A stretch of DNA of 51,868 bases from Thermoanaerobaculia bacterium (GTDB taxonomy: Bacteria; Acidobacteriota; Thermoanaerobaculia; Multivoradales; UBA5704): NCBI GenBank assembly GCA_044226625.1, contig JBGAGQ010000046.1, forward strand, positions 1 to 51,868. The letters run 5' to 3'. The notes under the pieces were generated by a model that did no database searches, had not been told where the DNA came from, and saw only the letters and a program-made list of their open reading frames with translations. Position 1 is the stretch's first letter; each line of letters starts with the position of its first letter. A program made the position numbers and the translations under genes. Positions 39,359 to 48,100 of this stretch are shown here, piece after piece.

Positions 39359-40093
39359 CTAGTGAGGTTGCGTCGGGGCGGGCTTCTTGCCGGACCGATC
39401 GAGGTCGATCACCTTGGTCTCGACGCCCGGAGGGAGCTTGAGCACGAAACGGTCGCCGGGGACCGGGCCGTTGAGCTTGAGATCCTTGAGGTCGTACTCC
39501 GTCTTGTCTCCCTCCGCGTCGACGTACTCGAGGTGCACCGGAAAGAACTTCTCGTCGTCTATCCAGAGCGTCATCGACTTCAGGCGCTTGGCGATCCGGG
39601 CGTAGCGGGGGGTGAGCTCGAGCCGATACGGCACGCCCTTCTTCGTCGAAGTGCGAAGCACCGCGGTGAAATATTCGAGCAGCGTCTTCATCGAGCCGCT
39701 CGCGCCGAGGTACTTGAACACCTGGGCCGAATATCGGCCGACCTTCACGGTCTCGGCCCGATTCAGGTCGCGGTACCAGGTGGTCATCGTGTCGCCGACG
39801 ATGACGACCGAGATCGGATTCGGCGTGGCGTACTCCCAACGGACCCGGTCGGGTGCCGAGTAGGAAAACGATCCCGTCGACGTCTCGGGCTCGGCGAGCA
39901 TCGAGCTCTCCTGATGCTGGACGAAACGGGCTTCCATCGTCTTGATCTTCGCCTGCTCGATCTTGATCCGATCGATCAGAGCCCCAAGGCGGGCCGCCGG
40001 CTGGGCGGTGCGCGGATCGGGCAAGGTCGCGGCGCCAGCGGAGGTCGCGCCGACGGCGGAAAGGAGGAGGAGAGGAGCGAGAATGCGGCGCAT
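39359..40093 (-). CDS. lolA: Outer-membrane lipoprotein carrier LolA-like protein
   Basis: Signal peptide, ARFVQ, GSFSYSAPDRVRWEY..P, IVGDTMTTWY..L, F..PPGV. Confidence 0.75.
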   Translation of the reverse strand: MRRILAPLLLLSAVGATSAGAATLPDPRTAQPAARLGALIDRIKIEQAKIKTMEARFVQHQESSMLAEPETSTGSFSYSAPDRVRWEYATPNPISVVIVGDTMTTWYRDLNRAETVKVGRYSAQVFKYLGASGSMKTLLEYFTAVLRTSTKKGVPYRLELTPRYARIAKRLKSMTLWIDDEKFFPVHLEYVDAEGDKTEYDLKDLKLNGPVPGDRFVLKLPPGVETKVIDLDRSGKKPAPTQPH

Positions 40094-40273
40094 CGTTTAC
40101 AGGACCTTTCACCGGGAGGAACCGCCCTGTCGCAGGTAGCTCGATGGGAGGGGCGGGATGTTACCCGTGCGCAGCGACGGGAAGCAAGCTTGAGGCCAGG
40201 TTGTTGGGCCGGCTTGGCGCACGAAGCCGGCGACCCCAAAGCGATACACTTCGGCCGCCAAAGGAGATCTGCC

Positions 40274-41140
40274 ATGTCCCGCCTGTCTCTGTCCCCCGCC
40301 CTGGTGCTCGCTGCCCTTGCCTTCTCCGTCGCTCCCGTCGCCGCGGTGGCCCAGGATCTCACTGAGGAGTGGGGCTACGACCGCAAAGGGGACGACTACG
40401 ATTCGTTTCGCGTTCCCGACGTCCAACGCTGCCAGGCCGCCTGCCGGCGCGACGACCGTTGCCAGGCCTACACCTTCACCAACGACGCGACCTGCTACCT
40501 GAAGAGCCGGATCAACTCGAAGAAGGAGGCGATCGGCTCGGTCACCGGTTATAGGCGGGATTCGTACGACTCCGGGGACCACGGCGACCACCACGGGGGT
40601 CGCGGGGATCACGGGGATCACGACGGTGGGTATGGTCGCCGGGGCGAGCTGACCGAGGAGCCGGGTTACGACCGCAAGGGGAACGACTACGACTCCTTCC
40701 GGGCACGGGGCCTTCGCGAGTGCAAGCGGGCCTGCGCCGGCGAGGACCGCTGTCGCGCCTACACCTGGGATACGCGAGCCGAGATCTGCTATTTGAAGAC
40801 GCGGATCAACTCGCAGAAGTACGACTCCCGCATGGTCACCGGCTACAAGGTCGACGAGGACGACGATCATGGGGACGATGAAGATTACGGCGGCGGGGAC
40901 GTCTCCCTGACCGAGGAGCGCGGCTACGACCGGCGGGGCGCCGACTATCGCCGCTTCGACGCCTACTCGGTCGATCGCTGCAAGCGCGCCTGCTACGAGG
41001 ACGACCGGTGCCGCGCCTACACCTTCGACCGGCGCGACAATCGCTGCTACCTCAAGGACGAGGTCCGCTCGGCCGAGCGCAACCGCGACATGGTGACCGG
41101 CCGAAAGGTCGACTCGTACGACGAGGACGAGGACTACTGA
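40274..41140 (+). CDS. Secreted protein with three PAN/apple repeats
   Basis: SD AAGGAG and ATG 40274, signal peptide, 3x LTEExGYDRxGxDY..F...C...C..xDRCxAYT....CYLK...VTG, separated by His/Asp/Gly-rich linkers. Confidence 0.85.
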   Translation: MSRLSLSPALVLAALAFSVAPVAAVAQDLTEEWGYDRKGDDYDSFRVPDVQRCQAACRRDDRCQAYTFTNDATCYLKSRINSKKEAIGSVTGYRRDSYDSGDHGDHHGGRGDHGDHDGGYGRRGELTEEPGYDRKGNDYDSFRARGLRECKRACAGEDRCRAYTWDTRAEICYLKTRINSQKYDSRMVTGYKVDEDDDHGDDEDYGGGDVSLTEERGYDRRGADYRRFDAYSVDRCKRACYEDDRCRAYTFDRRDNRCYLKDEVRSAERNRDMVTGRKVDSYDEDEDY

Positions 41141-41153
41141 GCCGCAGCCCGAG

Positions 41154-42125
41154 TCACGCCGGGGCGGCCGCCGGAACCGCGAGGCGGCTCATCAGCTTCG
41201 AGACCCCCTTGGCGCTTTGCATGACGTAGAAGTGCACCGCCGGCACGTCGCGGGCGAGTAGCTCCTCGGTCTGCCGCTGCGCCCAGTCCACGCCGATCTC
41301 CATGGAGCGCTCGGGCGGCGCCGAGGCCATCGCGTCCGCCAGGGCCGCGGGAATCTCGACGTAGAAGTTGCGCGGGATCGTCGAGAGCTGCGCTTGCGTG
41401 GTGAGGATCTTCAGGCCTGGAATGATCGGCACCTCGATCCCTTCCTGACGGCAGAGATCGACGTAATGGAAGTAGTGCCGGTTGTCGAAGAACATCTGGG
41501 TGACGATGTAGTCCGCCCCGGCCGCCACCTTCTCCTTGGCCCGCCGCACGTCCGTGAGCAGGTTCGGGGCCTCGAAGTGCTTCTCGGGGTAGCCGCCGAT
41601 CCCGATGCAGAAATCGAGCGGATCGGCGTCGAGAAGATCGGCCTGCAGATAATGGGCCTGCGACAGCCCGCGGACCTGGCGCACGAGGTCGATCGCGAAG
41701 GGGTTCGCGCTCCGGCCGTACTGGAGCGGCTTGGCGAATCCGCTGTCGTCGCCACGGACCGCGAGGACGTTGTCGATCCCAAGGTAGCGAAGCTCGATCA
41801 GGAAGTCCTCGGTCTCCTCCCGGCTGAAGCCCTGGCAGAGGATGTGGGGCACGGCGTCGATGCCGTATTTGTTCTGGATCAACGCGCACAGCCCGAGCGT
41901 GCCGGGGCGCTTGCGTTTCACCCTGCGGGTGACGCCGCCGTCCGAACGCTCCTCGTAGAGGACTTCGGCCGCGTGGCTCGTGATGTCGATGAAGGGGGGG
42001 GAAAACCGCGCGAGCTCCTCGATCAGATCGAGCAACTGCCGGAGGTTGCCGCCGCGCAACGGGGGGATGATCTCGAAGCTGATCAGCGGGCGCTCGGCTC
42101 GAGCGAGGTGTTCGGTGACTTTCAT
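41154..42125 (-). CDS. metF: 5,10-methylenetetrahydrofolate reductase
   Basis: ISFEIIPP, FIDIT, VPHILC, NVLAVRGD, GYPEKH, AGADYIVTQMFFDN, PIIPG, VHFY. Confidence 0.93.
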   Translation of the reverse strand: MKVTEHLARAERPLISFEIIPPLRGGNLRQLLDLIEELARFSPPFIDITSHAAEVLYEERSDGGVTRRVKRKRPGTLGLCALIQNKYGIDAVPHILCQGFSREETEDFLIELRYLGIDNVLAVRGDDSGFAKPLQYGRSANPFAIDLVRQVRGLSQAHYLQADLLDADPLDFCIGIGGYPEKHFEAPNLLTDVRRAKEKVAAGADYIVTQMFFDNRHYFHYVDLCRQEGIEVPIIPGLKILTTQAQLSTIPRNFYVEIPAALADAMASAPPERSMEIGVDWAQRQTEELLARDVPAVHFYVMQSAKGVSKLMSRLAVPAAAPA

Positions 42126-42148
42126 CGGGCGGCCCTTTCGCGGAGGCG

Positions 42149-42177
42149 AGCGTAGACGCCGCTCGCGGGGCGGTCAA
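42149..42177 (-). promoter_or_regulatory. Sigma70 promoter of metF
   Basis: Minus strand TTGACC-N17-TACGCT, 23 nt upstream of the ATG. Confidence 0.6.
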
Positions 42178-42366
42178 GGGGCTCTCCGCAACCGTTTCGA
42201 CACTGCCGATCCGTGCAAACGCCGGCTCTCGAAAATGGAGATCACAGTTGTCACGATTTCCGGACCGAAGGCACCTTGCGGGGTATAGACCGAAGACCGG
42301 TCGGCGCGAGACCCGCCGAGTCCATGATGGGCTCGCCTCGGTGTCTCTCCATCAGGAGGTCGTTCC

Positions 42367-42912
42367 ATGAAACGTCTTTCCGTCCTTCTTGCCCTGGCGG
42401 TGGCCGCTTTTGCGCTGCCCTCGGGCGCCTCGACCTTCATCTTCACCCCGCAGCGCGACCTGGTGCGCGACGCCTCGGCGATCGTCCAGGGCAAAGTGCT
42501 CTCGACCAGCTCGTTCTGGAACGAGACCGGCCAGGTGATCGTCACGGAGGCGGTGATCCAGGTCGAGGAGAACCTGGTCGGCAAAGCGCCCAGCGTGATC
42601 GTGGTTCGCACGTTCGGCGGTCGGGTCGGTGACTTCATCGTCGAGGCGAGCGGCTTCCCGACCTTCCGCAAGGGCGAGCGCCAGCTGCTCTTCCTCGAGG
42701 CCGAAAAGGGCGGGCACACCAAGGTGCTGGGCTACCAGCAGGGTCAGTTCCGCATCGAGCGCGACGCCAAGGGCAACGACCTGGCCCGGCCGGCGGTGGA
42801 CGCGGGCGCGACGTTCGTCGGGGGCGGAGCTCCGGCCAAGACGATCTCCCTCGCCGCCTTGAAGAGCTCGATCCTCCGCGACGCCCGGGCCCTGGGCCGT
42901 GCCACCAACTAG
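42367..42912 (+). CDS. Secreted accessory protein, putative TIMP/NTR-like OB-fold (copy 1)
   Basis: SD AGGAGG, signal peptide ending SGA|STF, ASAIVQGKVLS..VTEAVIQVEENLVG..VRTFGG..F.KGERQLLFL beta pattern. The fold call is inference. Confidence 0.8.
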   Translation: MKRLSVLLALAVAAFALPSGASTFIFTPQRDLVRDASAIVQGKVLSTSSFWNETGQVIVTEAVIQVEENLVGKAPSVIVVRTFGGRVGDFIVEASGFPTFRKGERQLLFLEAEKGGHTKVLGYQQGQFRIERDAKGNDLARPAVDAGATFVGGGAPAKTISLAALKSSILRDARALGRATN

Positions 42913-42933
42913 GACTGACAGGAGAGCCAGACC

Positions 42934-43551
42934 ATGAAGATCACGCGTTTCGTCGCCGTCGCCCTCCTGCTCGCCCTCGCGGCCGGCAGCCTCTCGGCCT
43001 ACGTCCTCCTCTCGCCGCGCCGCACCTGGGACGGCGTGCCCAACCTGATCGTCGACAGCCGCGGCAACTCGACCATCGCCGACGGATCGGGCGGCACCAC
43101 CCGCATCCGCAACGCGATCGTCTCCTCCTCGGCGTGGAACGGCGCGGGCACCGGCACCCGCATCAACTCGTCGGTCGGCTCGGTGGCGAGCTTCACCTTG
43201 GGTGACGGCCAGCCGATGCTCAACCTGCGCGACCCGCTCGGCGCCTGCACCGGCGGCTGCCTCGCGGCGACCTTCACCGGCTATTACACGACGCGGCCGA
43301 ACGGCACCCGCCGGATCACCGACGCCGACATGGTCACCAACACGGCCAACAACCTCGCCACGTTGGGCGAGGCGTGCTCGGGCTCGGAGTACTACGCCGA
43401 GGGCATCATGGTGCACGAGGTCGGCCATCTGCTCGGGCTCGGCCACTCGTCCGTCGCCGGGGCGACGATGTATCCCTCCGTCTCGGCCTGCAACAACAAC
43501 CCGGCCACGATCGAAACCGACGATCGCAACGGGATCAACGACCTGTACTGA
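42934..43551 (+). CDS. Secreted matrixin (M10/MMP-like metzincin), no propeptide (copy 1)
   Basis: HEVGHLLGLGHS zinc motif, Met-turn ATMYP, C-terminal helix DDRNGINDLY, signal peptide LSA|YVLLSPRRTW. Confidence 0.92.
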   Translation: MKITRFVAVALLLALAAGSLSAYVLLSPRRTWDGVPNLIVDSRGNSTIADGSGGTTRIRNAIVSSSAWNGAGTGTRINSSVGSVASFTLGDGQPMLNLRDPLGACTGGCLAATFTGYYTTRPNGTRRITDADMVTNTANNLATLGEACSGSEYYAEGIMVHEVGHLLGLGHSSVAGATMYPSVSACNNNPATIETDDRNGINDLY

Positions 43552-43579
43552 TCCCGCGTTTCTCCTCGAGCGCTCGCCA

Positions 43580-43616
43580 GGGCGGGGCACCCGAATTGGA
43601 GCCCCGCCCCCCTTTT
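43580..43616 (+). terminator. Intrinsic terminator of cassette copy 1
   Basis: GGGCGGGGC-loop-GCCCCGCCC then CCCTTTT. Confidence 0.7.
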
Positions 43617-43754
43617 CGCCCGGCCGCTCTCGATTCGGTCACGTTTTCGTGAAAGCCGGCACTCCCGGGGTAGAGATCGAAAATCGATCCCGAGGAAGAC
43701 CCGACGCGCCCATGATGGGCTCGCCCCGGTGTCGCTCCGCCCAGGAGGAAACTC

Positions 43755-44300
43755 ATGAAGCGACCTCTGGCCCTCTTTGCCTTGTCGGCGATGGCGTTCG
43801 CGCTGTCGGCAGGCGCCTCGACCTTCATCTTCACCTCGCAGCGCACCCTGGTGCGGGACGCCTCGGCGATCGTCCAGGGCAAAGTGCTCTCGACCAGCTC
43901 GTTCTGGAACGAGACCGGCCAGGTGATCGTCACGGAGGCGGTGATCCAGGTCGAGGAGAACCTCGTCGGCAAAGCGCCCAGCGTGATCGTGGTTCGCACG
44001 TTCGGCGGCCGGGTCGGTGACTTCATCGTCGAGGCGAGCGGCTTCCCGACCTTCCGCAAAGGCGAGCGTCAGCTGCTCTTCCTCGAGGCCGAAAAGGGCG
44101 GGCACACCAAGGTGCTGGGCTACCAGCAGGGTCAGTTCCGCATCGAGCGCGACGCCAAGGGCAACGACCTGGCCCGGCCGGCGGTGGACGCGGGCGCGAC
44201 GTTCGTCGGGGGCGGAGTTCCGGTCAAGACGATCTCCCTCGCCGCCTTGAAGAGCTCGATCCTCCGCGACGCCCGGGCCCTGGGCCGTGCCACCAACTAG
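43755..44300 (+). CDS. Secreted accessory protein, putative TIMP/NTR-like OB-fold (copy 2)
   Basis: Mature region differs from copy 1 at 4 residues by manual comparison; different signal peptide; SD AGGAGG. Confidence 0.8.
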   Translation: MKRPLALFALSAMAFALSAGASTFIFTSQRTLVRDASAIVQGKVLSTSSFWNETGQVIVTEAVIQVEENLVGKAPSVIVVRTFGGRVGDFIVEASGFPTFRKGERQLLFLEAEKGGHTKVLGYQQGQFRIERDAKGNDLARPAVDAGATFVGGGVPVKTISLAALKSSILRDARALGRATN

Positions 44301-44321
44301 GACTGACAGGAGAGCCAGACC

Positions 44322-44939
44322 ATGAAGATCACGCGTTTCGTCGCCGTCGCCCTCCTGCTCGCCCTCGCGGCCGGCAGCCTCTCGGCCTACGTCCTCCTCT
44401 CGCCGCGCCGCACCTGGGACGGCGCCCCGAACCTGATCGTCGACAACCGGGGTAACGCGTCGATCACTGACGGCGACGGAGGCGCCTCCCGCATTCGCAC
44501 CGCCATCGTCTCGAACAGCGCCTGGAACGGTGCCGGCACGGGAACCCGGATCAACGCGACGGTCGGATCGATCGCGAGCTTCACTCTGGGCGACGGCCAG
44601 CCGATGCTCAACTTCCAAGATCCGGTCCACGCCTGCAACGGGAGCTGCCTCGCGGCGACCTTCACCGGCTATTACGTCAACCGGGCGGACGGCTCGGTGC
44701 GGATCACCGACGCCGACATGGTGACCAACAAGAAAAACAATCTCGCCACATTGGGCGAGGCTTGCTCGGGCTCGGAGTATTACGCCGAGGGGATCTTCGT
44801 CCACGAGGTCGGCCACCTGCTCGGTCTCGGCCATTCGACGGTCACCGGGGCGACCATGTATCCCTCGGTCTCCGCCTGCAACAACAACCCGGCGACGATC
44901 GAGACCGACGACCGCAACGGCATCAACGACCTGTACTGA
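44322..44939 (+). CDS. Secreted matrixin (M10/MMP-like metzincin), no propeptide (copy 2)
   Basis: Same HEVGHLLGLGHS and ATMYP motifs; about 30 substitutions versus copy 1 by manual count. Confidence 0.92.
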   Translation: MKITRFVAVALLLALAAGSLSAYVLLSPRRTWDGAPNLIVDNRGNASITDGDGGASRIRTAIVSNSAWNGAGTGTRINATVGSIASFTLGDGQPMLNFQDPVHACNGSCLAATFTGYYVNRADGSVRITDADMVTNKKNNLATLGEACSGSEYYAEGIFVHEVGHLLGLGHSTVTGATMYPSVSACNNNPATIETDDRNGINDLY

Positions 44940-44964
44940 TCGACTTTCTCGCGGCTCGATCCTT

Positions 44965-44997
44965 GGGCGGAGCACTGAGGTTGTGCTCCGCCCTCTT
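44965..44997 (+). terminator. Terminator of cassette copy 2
   Basis: GGGCGGAGCAC-TGAGGTT-GTGCTCCGCCC then TCTT; homologous to the copy-1 stem. Confidence 0.7.
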
Positions 44998-45114
44998 CGG
45001 GCCGCCTCACCAGGATACCCCGACGTTTGAGTACCCTTCCGCCGAGGGGTCCTCCGAAGTCGATCTCGATGCCCGCGCGAAAGGTCTGATCTCTCCTCGA
45101 GGGGAGGGTTCAAA

Positions 45115-48100
45115 TTAGGAGGATCGGCCCATCCGCTGATCCAGAGAGCGGAATACTCCTGCCTCTCGCCAGAGACTCCGATTTCCCACCACGTACAGTC
45201 GCTCCTTGGCTCGGGTGACGGCGACGTTCAGAAGGTTCGGCGAGCCACCCGCCCAGTTTCGAGCGCCCGCTTGCTCGTTCGTCGGAGCGCCGAGGACAAA
45301 CAGAACCGCTTCTGCCTCGCGGCCCTGAACGGTGTGTACGGTGCCGACGTGCTCGGCAGTCCACCTTGGAAGATCCTCAATCCAGGGGGAGAGAAAGGTC
45401 GACTCTCGGATGATCGCCCGAAGGTTCTGGGCGACGAGGGCGAAGGGTGAAACGATGTACAGATCCGGCTCGACGTTCGCCGCCGCCAGGCGCCCCAGCA
45501 AGTCGAGCACAACCTTGCCTTCCTCCGGGCACCATTTATCACTGCCGCCACTCCTTACGTCGAACCAATAGGAGGGTCCGAGAACATCTCCGATCTTCGA
45601 AGCGCGCGGGCCTTTCGCTTGAACCATTAGCTGTTCGTAGGCCACGGCATTCGAGATCCCGAACATAGGCTCCGAACAGCGCCGGTGAACGAGCAAGGGT
45701 ACCCCTACTTCCCGGCTACCGAAGCGTCCTTCGAAACTTGCCATATAGGCGGTCGCGGTATCGGCAACCGTCTGCGCCGACGCGGCCGGGGCGTTCCAGC
45801 GATTTGGGTCCACATGGAAGTGTTGGCAGATTGCATGGGTCAACCGGTCGGGCAGCCCTACGATCGGCTCGATCTGAACCGGATCGCCTACTACCACGGC
45901 CCGGCGTGTCCGAAACAAAGCGCCAACGGCGGCCTGCGGCAGGGCCTGTCCAGCCTCGTCAATGAACAGCCAGCCAAAAGTTTCTGAAGGAAGGTCGCCC
46001 AGCATCCGTTCAACGGAGGCAAACGTCGTCGAGATCAAAGGTACTACGAGAAAAAGAGAGGCCCAAAGATCCGGCAGGAGGGCCTGCTTTTCCAGCGTAG
46101 GAAGCCTGCGTCCTCCGAAGACGCTCATCAGGGCGCCGAGATTGTGCCGGAGTGGCTTGGCCGCGGCATCGAGAAAAGTCCGATGGAGCTGCATCGCGGC
46201 GAGGAACACGTCGTCACGGAGGCGTTGCTGCTCTTCGGCGAGCCAGGGAACCGTCATCTGTCGAGCTTGGTGAGAGCGATCAAAAAACTCCGCCCCAACG
46301 AGACGGTCTCCGAGCATCTGTCGGGCTAATTCGATCGCCAGGCTTGCCGCCGAAAGGCGATCGGCGGCCATCGACAGCTCCAGACGTGTCTTTTCCCGTT
46401 CAAGCTCGATCCGGCGATGCTCGGCCTCTACGAGGGCATGTCGACTCAACGCTTCCGCGTACGTGGACTTTGCCTTCGCTAACGCTTGTTCGACAGGAGC
46501 CCGTTCCCGATCCCAAATTCGAGCCTTTTCCGTTCGGAAGATACGCGACAGAACCCCAGGCGTTCGTTGAGCCATCGAAGCAAGCTTCGCTTCCTGTTGC
46601 CGGAACTCGACGGTTGCGAGATCGAGCAGAGCCACTGCCTCCTCTCGGTTCTGCCGGGCCAACTTCTCCGCAGCGATGTGCCGAAGCAGCGTCGCTTCAA
46701 GGTCCTCCAACGCGTTGATCAGGCCCGGCAGAGCCGCCGCCTTCTGTCGTACTTCTTCCAATTCCTTCAGGCTCTCGCGACTTTGCCGCAAGGCGGTGCG
46801 AAATGCTCCACGTGCCTTCTTCCATCGAATCAAGGCTTCCTCGGGAGACGAGGGAGCCTTTTCCTCGGTGACGATGCGTGGCCTACGGGTCGTCGTCTTA
46901 CCGGTCTCTGGGTCGACGACTTCGATCGACTGAGGCGTCCCGGCGGCCTCCGCGAGATAGGTCGATAAGCCTACGTCCGGGTCCCACCAGAACGTATTCC
47001 TGAAACGCGAGCGGTTTGCGACATTGCCAAGAACGGCGGCCGCGAGACCCCAGGTATCCTTTTCGAGAAGGGCATCCGAGACCGTCCGCAGATAGCGTTG
47101 GTCGGAAGCTTCGCTGGCGATGGCATCCAACGCGGGTAACGCGGCGCTGACGTTCTCGACCGCCTTGTTGTTGGAGGACGCCGCGATCATTTCGAATCCC
47201 TTGAGCCTGGGATCGAGCCGATAAAGGTGAAGCCAAGCCGGACCAGATTTGAGCTTTTGCCCAGAGTGCGAGAACGCGTCCACCGGGTTGTCGAACCGGA
47301 CCATCGCCTCAGCTCTTGCGGTCACGATGGCGGCGACCAAGTCCCGGAGCAATGTGGTTTTCCCGGTGCCGGGAGGTCCATTTACCGCGAGCAATCCCCT
47401 TTTTTCCAGGTCGGTCAGCGCGAGATTTACCGCAGCCTGTTGCAGCAGGACCAAAGAGTGTCGACCGGGTCCTGGCCAGCGTGCGGGCGGAACTCGGTGT
47501 GGAGCGATCGCGGATTCGAGGGCACTCCGATCATGAAGCAGGTCTGTGCGTTGCCCCGGCGCCTTACATCCCAGGTAGAGCTGTAGGTTGTTGGGAGCGC
47601 GCCCTTGGCTGAACAGGCGCTTGCTCTTCTGGAGGTCGCCAAGAAAGAAGCTGTTGAGCAGCAATGGCTCGGGCGGGTCCGAGCTCGCGAAGGACTCGAA
47701 ACAACGAATCGCAAATCGTGGCGGTTTGACCAGATTCGGCGGCAACCCCAGGCGTTTTACGAGCCATCGGAATCCGGCATCCAGGCTTGCGCGGTCGAGA
47801 GCGGGTGGTTCTTCGTCAGGTTTGGCACGACGAAGCCGAGTGTCCAGCTCTTCGAGAAGTGGACTCTCGACCGACGACCAAGTGGGAAGAGCCGCGAAAT
47901 CTGCCTCGAGTACTCTGGGGACTCCCCAGCCGAAACTGGAAATCGAGGTCGCCGGGGGCTCGATGAGGTGGCCCCTTTGATCCAGGGTGACCAGGGCGAG
48001 AACTGCCTCTCCAGGAGTTGGCGGCCTGTCGGGGCGAGTATCGCCAAAGGAGGCGAGGAGCTTTACGAAGGTTGGATCGCGGTCGATGCTCCCCAAAACG

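Larger units (their letters stand above)
42250..44997 (+). repeat. Tandem duplication (period 1388 bp) of upstream region + accessory gene + matrixin gene + terminator
   Basis: Gene starts 42367/43755 and 42934/44322 both differ by 1388. Upstream motifs (GTCACG at 42250/43638; CCATGATGGGCTCGCC) and the terminators are also duplicated. Confidence 0.95.

Noticed and set aside
39143-40273. 665-aa ORF extension upstream of the PAN protein
   Set aside because: It is antisense to tgt/lolA. A strong SD and a signal peptide define the start at 40274.
42126-42250. SAM/SAH or c-di-GMP riboswitch between metF and the protease cassette
   Set aside because: The predicted metF promoter leaves only a very short leader. 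GCAAAC...GAAA on the + strand lacks the rest of the c-di-GMP-I consensus.
42250-44997. Mobile-element origin of the duplication
   Set aside because: No transposase, integrase, terminal inverted repeats or target-site duplication is visible.
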